Of a stretch of 64,000 bases of DNA, positions 39,068-50,520 are shown piece after piece (within the stretch, counting starts at the first letter, position 1; every line of letters starts with the position of its first letter). The translations under genes were made by a program, and so were the position numbers. The stretch comes from Octopus sinensis. Taxonomy: Eukaryota. Below the pieces are notes generated by a model. That model did not search any database. It saw nothing but the letters and a program-made list of their open reading frames with translations, and was not told the origin of the DNA. The stretch spans positions 144,832,001-144,896,000 of the forward strand of contig NC_042999.1 of assembly GCF_006345805.1 (NCBI RefSeq), written 5' to 3'.

Positions 39068-39493
39068 GTGTGTAAGTGTAGAATAAAATCAAAATGCCCG
39101 GCATCTGGTCTATGCGGGGAAAATAATGTAATCTATAAATGTACCATATCCACGGAGAATAACAAATATTTTTACATTGGATGTACAATTAATTTTCTAG
39201 CCAGAGTTAGAAATCACATCTCGTCTTTTAAATTACGTCATAAAGCTGGTACCACCACACTTTCAAACAAAATCTGGGAACTCAAAAATAATAACAATAA
39301 TTATAACCTTAATTGGGAAATAGTTAGGAGAGCAATTCCGTATAAAAATAGCAGGGTTGGTTGCCAACTATGCTCCATGGAGACGTATGAAATTCTAAAG
39401 CATAGAAAACATAGAAACTTATTGAATAACCATATCGAACTAGGTCAAGTTTGTGTCCACGCTAAATTGAAGACTTTAAAATATTTTAAATGA
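39068..39493 (+). CDS. Penelope-like GIY-YIG endonuclease domain
   Basis: CKCRIKSKCPASGLC zinc motif, VIYKC...YIG, RVRNHISSF, LSNKIWELK, CQLCSMETYEI, ELGQVCVH. Confidence 0.9.
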   Translation: MCKCRIKSKCPASGLCGENNVIYKCTISTENNKYFYIGCTINFLARVRNHISSFKLRHKAGTTTLSNKIWELKNNNNNYNLNWEIVRRAIPYKNSRVGCQLCSMETYEILKHRKHRNLLNNHIELGQVCVHAKLKTLKYFK

Positions 39494-40905
39494 TTAGAAT
39501 ATTCGTAACTAGATAGATAGATAGATATAACTTGATTTTTACTAGTATAGCACTGCTTTAAGTAGATAACTAAGAGTTCTCACACTACAGTTATCTTTTT
39601 CCTTATATCTGCATCAGTTTTTTGAGAACAGGGAAATGAATAGTACTTATACGCTGCTTAATTGAGGCTTTATTTAATTTCAAATTCATAATTTTAAATC
39701 TTAATTTTAATTTTTAATCTTAATTCTTAACTTAATCTAATTTAAGTAGCATAACTTTAATAAAATAAAATGAGTTACTAAAGCCCCATAATTCTATTTC
39801 AAAATTAAATAAATAAGGCTACTCCCTCGGTGATAATATGATTATCTTCATTACGATAGACAATTCCCTAACACCTTGTAAATGATCTTCTAAGATTTGA
39901 CCTGTAGTCCGTCAATGTATGAATAATAACGGCAACTCCTTAAGACAGTAAAATGAATAAATTAAATAAATAAATTTTAAACTTTTTGATAAGATTATAC
40001 TTAGATTTTCCTAATGTATTTTCTTTTGATTTTAGCCTTTGACCCCTAAACCCCTGACCTTGTTATCTCTTTAGATTCTCTTTAAATTCATAGCTGCTTT
40101 CAACAGCAATAAATTAGCTGTTTTACTGGTCAAAGAATAATATTCTCCTCTAGTTCCTAGATGCCTGCAAATTAAAACCAGACTTGCCGTCTACTAATTC
40201 TTCTGTATAACTAGAACCCTCTTTTTTTCTTTTTCTTTTTTCCCTTCTTTCCCTATTTCTTTCTCTTTTCTCTTTTTTCCTTTTCTCTTCTCTTTTAGTC
40301 CCCCCCTTTTGCTCCCTCCTCCTTTATTTTCTCTCTTTTCTTCTCTTTCCTTCCCTTTTCTGTTCTTTGCCTCTCTAGAAAGCCCTTCAGCCTTTAAAAG
40401 TTAAATAGCTACAGTCTCTTGAAAATAGCAGTAATGTGATTAATGTGGCAAATACCTAATCATATAGCAAGAATTGATACCTACCTCATTGTGTTCAACC
40501 ATTGATAAATTTATCGCCTGTGAATATGAAATTCCTCTTCATTTCTCTGGAAATTTACATCTACACCATTGGAAATTGTGCATCTATACAAAGGATTAAT
40601 TCACCCTCTCTGTAATGCTAATAAGCAGGAATTGAGACCCACCTCGTTGTGATTAGCAATGGATAAATTTGTCGTCTGTGAGTATGTAATCCCTCCTCAT
40701 ATCTCTGGAAATTCATATGTACACTATGGATTAAGTCACCTTCTCTGTGATGTTATTAAAACTTTTTTAAAATTCTGTGATAAAACTGTACATCAACTTT
40801 AAAGAACTTTAATGAACTTTGGAAATCTGTTTACGTTACTTAATTATCTACATTACTTCATGAGTATAGCCTCAACCACTAGGATGTCTAGAGAACTCAC
40901 ATGTA

Positions 40906-40996
40906 TTTTAGCTGATGAGTACGGGACACGTTTATATGCTGCAATTTTTGCAACTTTTAATAAAGCCTGTCCTTGTATGAAACGATTGTATTAAAA
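40906..40996 (+). ncRNA. Type I hammerhead ribozyme (3' pLTR)
   Basis: ttttag-CTGATGA(40912-18)-gtacgggac...gtccttgtat-GAAA-cgattg-TA(40989-90)-ttaaaa. One G-U pair in stem I relative to the left copy. Confidence 0.8.
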
Positions 40997-41509
40997 ACCT
41001 ATCCATTCTTGTTGCTTCTTTCTCGCGTATATATATATATAATGTAGAGAGGGTTAAAATCACAGCTGTTTCTTCTTGAAGCACATCTGCTATTTCAGTA
41101 TTACAAATCCATATATAAATGTTATATTTGTGTGAGGTATGCATAAGAATTGAAAATACTGGAAAATATTTTCTGCAAATGGGAGATTGGAAATAATACA
41201 AAAAATTTTCCAATCTCTTGTTTTGATATATATCATGTGATCACATGACTGACCAGACTATCAGATGTTGTTACACATTACTGATTACAACATGCTCTGC
41301 ATTGTTTTAGACTTTAAATGATGTTTTAGACCCAGCTAGCTAGGTGAGCAGGCCAACATTACGCCCTGATTAAAGCAACATGAAATGAAGTGTTTTGCTC
41401 AAGAACACAACACACTGCCTGGCTTGGAATTTGAACCTATGATCTAGCAATCACTAGGCTATGCATCTTCACTGTATATATATATTCAACAATAGGATAA
41501 AATCTACTT

Positions 41510-41557
<48 letters not shown>

Positions 41558-41704
41558 ACTGGAGGAATATAGTGTAATTAAAACTGAGACTAACATTAAT
41601 GAGGAATGTAAAAATCTGAGTTTGCTTTGTTGTATTTCCGAAACAAAAGAGTGAGTGCTTCAAGACAAATAAATCATGCAACCTATACATGACATAATAC
41701 AGTC

Positions 41705-41930
41705 ATCATCAACCTCATTCAACATCCACATTTCCTGGTGACATGGGTTGGATAATTTGACAGAAACTTGTGACTCAGAGGACTGTGCCAAGCTCTATTG
41801 TGTGCTTTGGATGGTTTATATATCTGGATACCCTTCCTAATGCCAACCACTCTACAGAGTGTACTGGGTGCTTTTTATGTGCCACCAGCACCAATAAGCT
41901 CACCATGTAACTTGCAAGACAAAACCCCTC
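41705..41930 (-). mobile_element. RTE-tail repeat fragment
   Basis: 'ctggatacccttcctaatgccaaccactctacagagtgtactgggtgctttttatgtgccacc'. Confidence 0.6.
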
Positions 41931-43076
41931 AACTGAAGAAATAGCATTGAAAGAGGTGGCTTTGCACCTAGTGAAGAAAGGTTAAGGGATAAAAAAAGTG
42001 ATAGAAACAGGTGTCTTGCAGCAGAGGAAATACATGGCTCTCTCAACTGGAAAAGGAGAAAGAGGGAGAAAAGATGATGAAGAAAATATGTTGGGACACA
42101 CCCTCAAGTTGTTACAGGGAGGAGTAGTTGATGTTAAGACTAAATGTAGTCAGAATATAGTTCTCTTGTATAAAATCCAACACAGTAGAAATTGTAGGAA
42201 ATTATATTTTCACAAGATGATATGTTATATATATTGTCAATAAAAGGAAGCAAGAATATAATGTAAAATTTGAAATTTTATTTTTGCACTATCAGTAATT
42301 CCAGTGTTCAAAACATGGAAATTCAAAGATCATTTTTTAAAAAATATCAAAAATATACAAGGACTGAATGATTGTGAAGCATTTACTTACTTGTTTCGCT
42401 AATTCAAAAAAAAAAAAACCCATTTGGATCTTTACATTTCCCATTAATACTGGTCCTGATGTTAATTATGAGGAAATCCTTCACCAACTGGATTCACAAC
42501 ATATTTTTTTATGTATTTAGAAGTTAACAAATCAGTTTTAGAGAGAAATATTCTCAGCAATTTATTTTCAGCTGAAAATAGCCACGGTATGTATTGTCAC
42601 TATCCACAGTTAAATTTTATCAAAACTTAATCAGTCATAGTGAAACTTTGTCAAAATTAAATAATCATTATTTCATCACATGGTAGACATTATCAAGACA
42701 TTATCACCCAACTTAAAGACCTGGGCACGACCATCTCATCCACTGAAAGTCTGAGTCACTGTTATATCATTAGCAGCAAGACTTGTCCAAGATTAAATCC
42801 CCACTATATCAACTATCGATAGACTTGTTCAAGGTCGTATCAACAATATTCACACGTCTGTTCATTATGCTGACTGTTGGTATATGAACACATCGTCATA
42901 ATCTATGGATAGACTATAAAAATTTTTTTAAATATTAGATTAACCAAATTATATAATTCCTTCAATGAATGCATGATTAGCACCTAATTAGACTCACATA
43001 AAAATACATTTAAAAATAATTATAGTAATTGAAAAGAAAAAGTTCTTTTGCAAAAAAATATGCTGAATAAGAAATA

Positions 43077-43556
43077 TTACGTGTCAAAAATCACATGGTT
43101 ATTTGATACATTACTATTGCAGTCACCATTAATGCTTGGTTTTCTGAAAATAGTAGCTGTACAATGTTGTTTCCATTTTAAATACAGGATGTTTGGCCAG
43201 AGCAAGGCCAAGCTTAGTCTTGGATCGGGTTTGGTACATGCCAATAGTAAGAAGAAGACTTGAAAATATGGTATCATAAATAGAATAATCCAGATCAACA
43301 AAGGAATATCGCTCAAGTGGGAAAACATGCGGTGCAGCACTGAAGTTTCAGAAGAATTGGTCTCCATGATTGTATTCTTTGCAATTCCAACTTTACGGCC
43401 CAGTTTCGGATCCAAGTGGAATTTTGAAGAATGATCAAAGGCATATTTAGTATATTTCTCATTAATTTCAAATACATAATAGGTCAAAGCACAGGTAATG
43501 CTGAGGTAGACAACAATAGTGACCCACGCAATTCGTTGGCGGAATTTCATTGTCAT
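43077..43556 (-). CDS. LYSET: Lysosomal enzyme trafficking factor (LYSET/TMEM251) ortholog
   Basis: MTMKFRQRIAW..VVYL...LTYYVFEINEKY..YA.DH ... IPLLIWIILFMIPYFQVFFLLLACTKPDP ... IFDT matches recalled human TMEM251 (MNFRQRMGW..YYVFEI..FLVPYLQMFLFLYSCTRADP..LIDT), with two hydrophobic segments. The likely start is ATG 43556 or 43550, and a splice acceptor (cttattttcag) precedes the exon at 43589. Confidence 0.88.
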   Translation of the reverse strand: MTMKFRQRIAWVTIVVYLSITCALTYYVFEINEKYTKYAFDHSSKFHLDPKLGRKVGIAKNTIMETNSSETSVLHRMFSHLSDIPLLIWIILFMIPYFQVFFLLLACTKPDPRLSLALLWPNILYLKWKQHCTATIFRKPSINGDCNSNVSNNHVIFDT

Positions 43557-43659
43557 GTGACACAAACATAATTTCAGCAATCTTTTTCACTGAAAATAAG
43601 ATAGGGGAAAAAAAAAACATCAAAGTTTTAAATTTCTTCAATGAAATTAATTGTAAATA

Positions 43660-43855
43660 TGATATCATGAATAAAATATTTTGAAACAACAAAAGAATAT
43701 CAGTCAAATAGTAAAATATGAAATGCAGTGAAGTCTGAGAAGAATTGGTTTCTATAATTATATTCCTTACAATTCCAAACTTACATCCCAGTTTCAGATC
43801 AAAGTGAAATTTTTGAAGAATGATCAAAAGCATATACAGTATTTTCAATCATTAA
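43660..43855 (-). pseudogene. Degenerate partial duplicate of the LYSET coding middle
   Basis: KFHFDLKLGCKFGIVRNIIIETNSSQTSLHFIFYYLTDILLLFQNILFMISYLQ aligns with KFHLDPKLGRKVGIAKNTIMETNSSETSVLHRMFSHLSDIPLLIWIILFMIPYFQ. The N-terminal TM segment is missing. Confidence 0.75.
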
Positions 43856-44367
43856 AAAAAAAAAAAATCAGCATTGGTATTCATAGAAACAGTGAATCAC
43901 CTGACAAAATGTTTTAAAACTATCTTTGTGCATGTTGTTTCCAAGTGTATGAGTAACAACTAAACAAACTCCCTTGCTGATATGCATACATAGGAGGTAT
44001 TTCAATTAATAAATTACTCTTGCTTTACTAATGTTTTGTTCTAATGCCATATCTATGTATAGATATGACACTAAAATGTATCTATAGCTTTTAGCCAATA
44101 CTGTATGGACAGATGTAAACAAATATCTTGTTATTTTACATACAATTGGATTTGTGAAACACAGCATACTAGTAATTTATAAATCAAACTAGCTGCTGAG
44201 AATGGATGATATATGCCAACTTGTCTATCTGATTTAAGCTCTTTGTAACAGCGAGTTTATAACCAGTATCTTCATAGAGGGTGCTGGATGTGTAATGTAA
44301 GTGTATGTGTTTGTCAGAGTGTCGGTGTTCTGAGAGAGAAGTTAGGCATAAGAGGAATTTCTTGCTG

Positions 44368-44775
44368 TATAATAATAATAATAATAATAATAATTGTGTA
44401 CAGTGCTCAGGTGCACTACAACTCATCTAAAGTGTATATATAATCAGGTGTAGTTTCGGCGGATTTCGGAAAGCATGAGGGCCTTAAAGGATGCAGTGTC
44501 ATGGCAGTCAACAACTGACGCAGGCAGTTTATTCCATGCTTCAGCAACTCTGAGCGTGAAAAAATGTTTCCGAAAGTCATGGGAGCTGTGTTGTTTTCTG
44601 ACTTTGTAGGCATGTCCATGTGTGTTAGACACATGGAGATCAAAAAGGTGTTCAGTGTTGTTGTTGGTGAGGTGGTTGATAACTTTGTGGATGCTTACCA
44701 AGTCCGTCGCCAGACACCGGAGCTTCAGTGAATCCATGCCCAGGGAAGCAAGAGAGGAGACTGCATTGGTTTGGT
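44368..44775 (-). mobile_element. CR1/L2-clade LINE 3' end
   Basis: DSLKLRCLATDLVSIHKV...THGHAYKVRKQHSSHDFRKHFFTLRVAEAWNKLPASVV..., a CR1-type C-terminus, with a (TTA)n tail. Confidence 0.8.
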
Positions 44776-45285
44776 TATGCGATGCTGATAGTTCCATAAA
44801 AAAGTGCCAATCTCTCAAAGTGGAGGGAACACTTGGAAGTGGGAGATCCAGGAAGACATGGGACAAAGTACTGAAGAATGACCTCAGGAAGCTGAATCTT
44901 TCAGGCAAGATGACAAAGGACCAAGACATCTGTTGCCTGGCTGTACTCAAGATGACCTGCACCTCACAGCAGAAGTGTTAAGATTGATCCTTTTGGTTGT
45001 GTAAAGTACCCATGGTTGTGCCATGTAAAAGCACCAGTGCAGTGACACGTAAAATTGCCAGCACAGCATCACATAAAAACATCCATGTGGCATCATGTAA
45101 AATTGCCCATGCGGTGCCATGTAAAAGCATCCAGTACACTCTGTAAAGTAGTTGGTGTTAGGAAGGGCATCCAGCTGTGGAAACTATGCCAAATCAGATT
45201 GGAATCTGGTACAGGCTCCCAGCGTACCAACTCTGGCCATACCATCCAACCCATGCTAGCATGGACAATGAACATTAAATGAAGA
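44775..45285 (+). mobile_element. RTE LINE 3' end
   Basis: LKVEGTLGSGRSRKTWDKVLKNDLRKLNL, followed by the shared 3' UTR ending 'catccaacccatgctagcatgg'. Confidence 0.75.
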
Positions 45286-46974
45286 TAAAGACAAGCTGTT
45301 TCCATCTGTCTACACATAGTGTTGATTAAGAATCAATAGATATATCCTGTAACACAGCCCACGACTGAAATGAAAGACTATTAACAATGCACTGGTACAT
45401 AAATTGTATATAAAGACAAACTGTCTGTCTGTCTACACATACAGTGTAGGTTAAAAATCAATACATTTTGTACAACAGGGAACTAGTGAAATTACTATTA
45501 GAACTGAATTGATCTGAAATTGACATATTGTCAACAAATTAATATATCAATGAGGTTTGAACAAGTTGCAAGAGGGACTAGGTAAAGATGTAGATTTTAC
45601 AGGAAAAATTAAAATATTAATTCAAGTACTGTCAAAATTTATTGCAAATCATTAAAAAGATTGATTATTGATAATAATTTGAATATTTCGTTTTTTCTTC
45701 CTTTTTGTAGTAATTATCTAGAGATAAGATATATCACCTCTAGAGTAACCATTAGAAGTGTGTCATAATATAAAATCACTGTTCTTTTGTTACTTACATC
45801 CATATATTCTTGATGTTATTGTTTAGCCTCAGGTCAGCTCTGATCAGGCAGGCCTATGATCATATGTGTTCTAGTCATGATTATTTATTTTTAATGTGTA
45901 TAAAGTATCATATTTTCTATTATGTTTTCTTTATTCAAAATGATAGGATGTGACTTGAGTGATTCAGTTGCTATTTCTAGCAAGTCAGTGAATAGAAACT
46001 ATAAAATTGTTGAGAAGGGGGTCATAAACTTTAGTAAGTTAACAATATTTCAAACTACTAACCTTACTTTTAGAGAATATATTTACAAAATTTATACTTA
46101 CAGGCCCAGTGGAGAGCATAAGAAAGCTATATTACCTTTAATGTAGAAATAAATGTTCAAAATTCATATTTAGCATTGGATTATATACAAATCCAAGAAT
46201 AAGACACTTGACAACAATTGGGGATCAAGCTAAATTTAACATGGTGTAAACATATCTGTCTGAAGATGAGGTAAATAGTTTGCAGAATTATAAATATATT
46301 AACAATTCATGGATGGTAGATGACAGAATTTGTTGAGATGGAAAAAAAACACCTCATGTATTTAGTTATGTCCCTTTGTATTCCGAATTCAAATTCTGAC
46401 ATGGCTGACTGTATTATTGAACAGCACCGTTTTTTTGTCTATGGCCAGAAGATAAAAGGTGGACAGAGAATTCAGATGATGTAACAACCAAAGCTGAAGG
46501 TGTGGGGGTTTAAAGAGGAAACAGTGAAGAAGGCTCTAAGAGAGAAGCTGAATATAGTAAAGAATGCTGTGGACCAAAGTGATAAATAAAACTTGGGGTT
46601 TTAAAAACATTTTTAGTTGAAAATAGGAACAAGCCAGTAAATAAATGCAGCATCCTATATGCAAGAAATTCCTGATGATCAGGGAGTGCTAGTAAAGTAT
46701 CAGTATTCATTTAAAGGGATGAAACAGATGGGTTGTGAAGGACAGTATACTCAATTGCCATATGAAACAAATTAGAAGATAAAAGACATGTTTTCTTCGC
46801 TGGACAGAGAGATCCATGAAATAACCCCTGAGATTTCAATAGCTTCATGAACTTGTAGAAAAATATAACTTCCTTATCTAATCAAAGAAGAGTTCCTTGT
46901 GGAGAGTAAAAGAATCCCCCCTCCTCACCATTTTAACATCCACTTTTTCATGCATGCATGGATCAAACAAAAAT

Positions 46975-47140
46975 TGTAGAGGTGAATATGGGCTTCTTTG
47001 AGATTCTGTCTACCAAATTTATTTACAAGGTTTTGGTCAGCCTGAGGATATAGTAAAAGACTCTTGGCCAAGGTACCACACAATGGGATTGAACCCAGAA
47101 CCATATGGTTGGGAAACAAACTTCTTACCACACAGCCATA
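46975..47140 (-). mobile_element. Truncated tRNA-SINE head
   Basis: Reverse of 'tggctgtgtggtaagaag...ggttctgggttcaatccc'. Confidence 0.6.
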
Positions 47141-49329
47141 CTTGAGTATGCATATATGACAAATATACATATAAATATGATTTATTTAGTCTGTTGACCA
47201 ACCACATACTCATTTTACTGTCTCCTACTATTTTTTCTTACCTTCCTCAACATCAATTACAGCCATCCAATACCATGAGGGAATGTTTTGCACCATAATA
47301 GCAACAAAATCATGTTCAATCATCTTTAAAAGCAAAAGGAACATTAGACAATGTAATTCTAGACACTTCTAAAAGAAATTAATCACAGCTGGAATGCCTT
47401 AGTCATAGATAAGCTCAATCAAGGCTGACCTGAATCTAAATAATTCATTTTTTTTAAAGTCCATGGCAAAACATATTTCTCGGTACTACAGAAGTCTCAA
47501 AGGGTTAGTTTGTAGGGACCTCTGTATTTAAGTAGTACCTGTTTCTCTTCCCAACACACAGTGGCTTAAATTAATCATGTAAACCACTTTTTTTTTTATT
47601 TAACAGACATGGACAATTTTTTTTTTATTTACTTAGAATGAAAAATAGAAAAATAGAAAATTCTAAAACTTTTACAAACTATTTCATTATTTACTTCCTA
47701 TGTTAGAATTAAGGGCAAATAATATCTTCGTTGATGTAAGAGTTTGGCTGTGGAACCTGAAGGGTGCCTCACCGAAATGTTCCTAAAATGGAACAAGCAT
47801 TGCGAGGACACTGTAGTAGTAAAATGGAACAAGCATTGCGAGTTTTGTGTAATTCTTTCTTTATTCAAAAACGATTCCTCCCATGCAACACATCTAAATG
47901 ATACTAGAAAATGTTTTGTGCAAATATTTGTCGATGCACAATTACTATTTGTTCACTCTAGTACTTTTCAATAAATATACACAACAAAGTTATGTTATCT
48001 TATTTAGTAGTACAATTCAGTCTCCAGATTCTGCCGTAATTTTGGTTTCTGGTTCCATGTTTTTTCTTTAATTTTTATCTTTGTCTTCATCTCAAGATTT
48101 TCAATATTGTGTGCACTATCATCCACCAAACCATGACTTTACACACCCATGTACGTGTTTATTGTGCGAAATTTTTCTTAATGCTTTTAGTATTTTTGAC
48201 ACAGGGTGTGTAAATTTCTGAGACATTTAGTCGGATTAGCTTTGCCTTCCATGGCTCTAATTTAATTTAACTCACATAAACTAGCCAATCTTTATATATT
48301 GATTATAATTACTATTTATCATCATAATTGCTATTACGTTGCTATGCACTTATCTCGCGAAGGGGAAACGAAAAGCAGTGTTACACAGTAAATCATCAAA
48401 ATTCATTCTCCAACGACAAAAATAGCCACAGCATCATGTTACTCAGTATTAAATATAATTTAATAATTATGACAAAAACATTGTAACAATTATCGGAAAC
48501 ATTACCGTTCATCTTTCATCATTATTTTATTTATATCTTTAAAGAAAATCTGCACAAAATACAATAATTGGGAAGTGCCAGTATTTTACAGTCCAAGAAG
48601 GCTTAATATTCTAATAAGAATCTAAATAATATTTAAGAAACAAAGAAATAAATTAATTTAGATGAACCAACCTCGAAGTTACTGCATCACGTTTCCGCAA
48701 TCACAAGTGTTACAGCTTTCAACTCTGACAACAATTTCACTTCCGCTTAGTAACACCCCAAACAAAGGTAATAGCTTTAGTTAGTTATATAATTACTGCA
48801 AATACTTCTTGCAAATCAAGTTTTAGTTATAAAAACCGAAAGAAGGCGGGAAAATAATAAACGAGGAAACTGGAGAATTAATTTCCCCTTCTTTTGTCGC
48901 TAAAGAGTGGACACAGTTTGTAATTCAAAACAAATTTTTTTTTAGAATTCTAAATATTTCAACCGCAGTCATTTTGTCTTTAATTTGAACATAATATCCA
49001 GGACTGCGTGATTTAATGAATGGGAAAGTGAAAATAAATACTAGAATTAGAGAAAACTAGTAATGGTCTGCGTCGACATACACAGGAAATTTTTTTTTAA
49101 TCATAATAAGTTCGTGAGTCTAACAGTTTACGGAGCGAAACAACTTATCACCACAGCTTGCGACACATGATCCAATTATGCGAAAGTGAGATACGCTGAA
49201 AGTGGACAAGAGAGACATTGTCTTCAAAACACATGCAGGAAAAAGATATAAGCAGGGTGGAGAGGTTCTAAAAGCCAATATTCTAGAGAGAAAGGATCAA
49301 ACATAATGGTTAGTGGGTGGCTGTGAGAA

Positions 49330-49800
49330 AGTGGATGGGCGGAATTCTGGTTTAAGCACCCCATAAGCCACTCATAACTTTTTTATTTCTTGGAATTTTC
49401 AGAAAAATTTTGCGAATTTATATCCTACACACGAGAATTCGTACGATTATGCAAAAACAACAAATTTTTGTGTGGATTAAGAGCTATTTAGCTGTTATTT
49501 TTAGCACAACTCACAACCACTCGATACCCTCCTCTTGTCTTTGTCGCTAATATATTGTATTTCAATATCTTTCTCCTCATAAATACATTTAATGGTCCAC
49601 TGCTGGGATTTAAGCAAAAGTTCGGACTGTCTGTATTTTAAATTCTGATTTTTAAACAATTCGAAAAATTAAAAATTCTTTTCGTAATCGTCTGAATTCC
49701 TGTGTGTAGAACACAAATGCGCAAAAATTTTCAGAAAATTCCTGAAAATAAAAAGTCATGAGGGGTTCATGGGGGTACTAAACGCAGAAATCTGCTGGTA
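49330..49800. mobile_element. Diverged MITE with ~130-bp inverted arms
   Basis: 'cataactttttatttcttggaattttcagaaaaattttgcg' is mirrored by 'cgcaaaaattttcagaaaattcctgaaaataaaaagtcatg'. Confidence 0.55.
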
Positions 49801-50059
49801 GGTGAAACAAGGGAGATGTATGAGTTGAAGATACCCTGAGTGACGGATGAACAAGACCCCGCCAATCCGAGAATCAGTAACCATTGTCACGATAGAAAAT
49901 ACACAGAGAGAAGGCAGCACACCTACAGTCGAAGCTAAGATGTGTTTATTAGTGATTGAATGTCACTCAGTTTATCTGTGTACGTAGCAATAACACCATC
50001 CCATATGTCAATGCGGCACAGCATCGTAGATCTCACTTGAACTTTGTAAAATGACAGCA

Positions 50060-50520
50060 GCTGTTGGGTGCTGAAATATTTCCTGACCGTAAAGCAAAGG
50101 ACTAGTATTTGCGAAATAGCTCTATCTATGCTAGGGATCTGCTTTCACCAGGAGATATGTTTGGTAATAATGATGTCCAGCATTAGGAGTAGCTGTGAGG
50201 ATTCTAGCAGAGTACATCATGTTTTGAGGAAGAGTGGTTTAGTAGGGCTTTCTTGATATGAGTAGTACTTGAGCTTGTCTACTGTTGATAGAAACAATGT
50301 TGGAATGATGTCTTTGCTTCAGGAATCAATGCAGGTTTGACATATGGTGTATATGTTGTGTGTGGATGGTTGGGGGTATATTAGGAAAGAATGAAGAATT
50401 ATATCATCTGCATAAGAAAAGGTATTGTTAGATATGACAGCATTGATGTATAGAAGAAAGAGAGTAAGAGGACACCAGAGTTGATTGAGAGTGGGACAGA
50501 AAGAACTCCAACATATATCA
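50060..50520 (-). mobile_element. Decayed LINE RT fragment
   Basis: The minus strand near 50400-50425 reads FSYADDII (RT YADD motif), in degenerate surroundings. Confidence 0.5.

Larger units (their letters stand above)
37028..41026 (+). mobile_element. Penelope-like retroelement, 5'-truncated, with inverted terminal (pLTR) duplication
   Basis: RT plus GIY-YIG coding region 37440-39493. 37028-37443 is the reverse complement of 40612-41026. The element ends in a (TA)n tail. Confidence 0.9.

Noticed and set aside
40812-40994. 60-aa ORF present in both pLTR copies (also 37060-37242)
   Set aside because: It overlaps the ribozyme, has no recognisable motifs, and recurs only because the sequence is duplicated.
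47750-47790. Hammerhead-like 'ggaac-CTGAAGG-gtgcctcac-cGAAA-tgttcc'
   Set aside because: A9 is altered and stem III and the UH cleavage site are missing, so at best a dead relic. The surrounding 47701-47987 TG..CA segment lacks a TSD, so it is not called an LTR.
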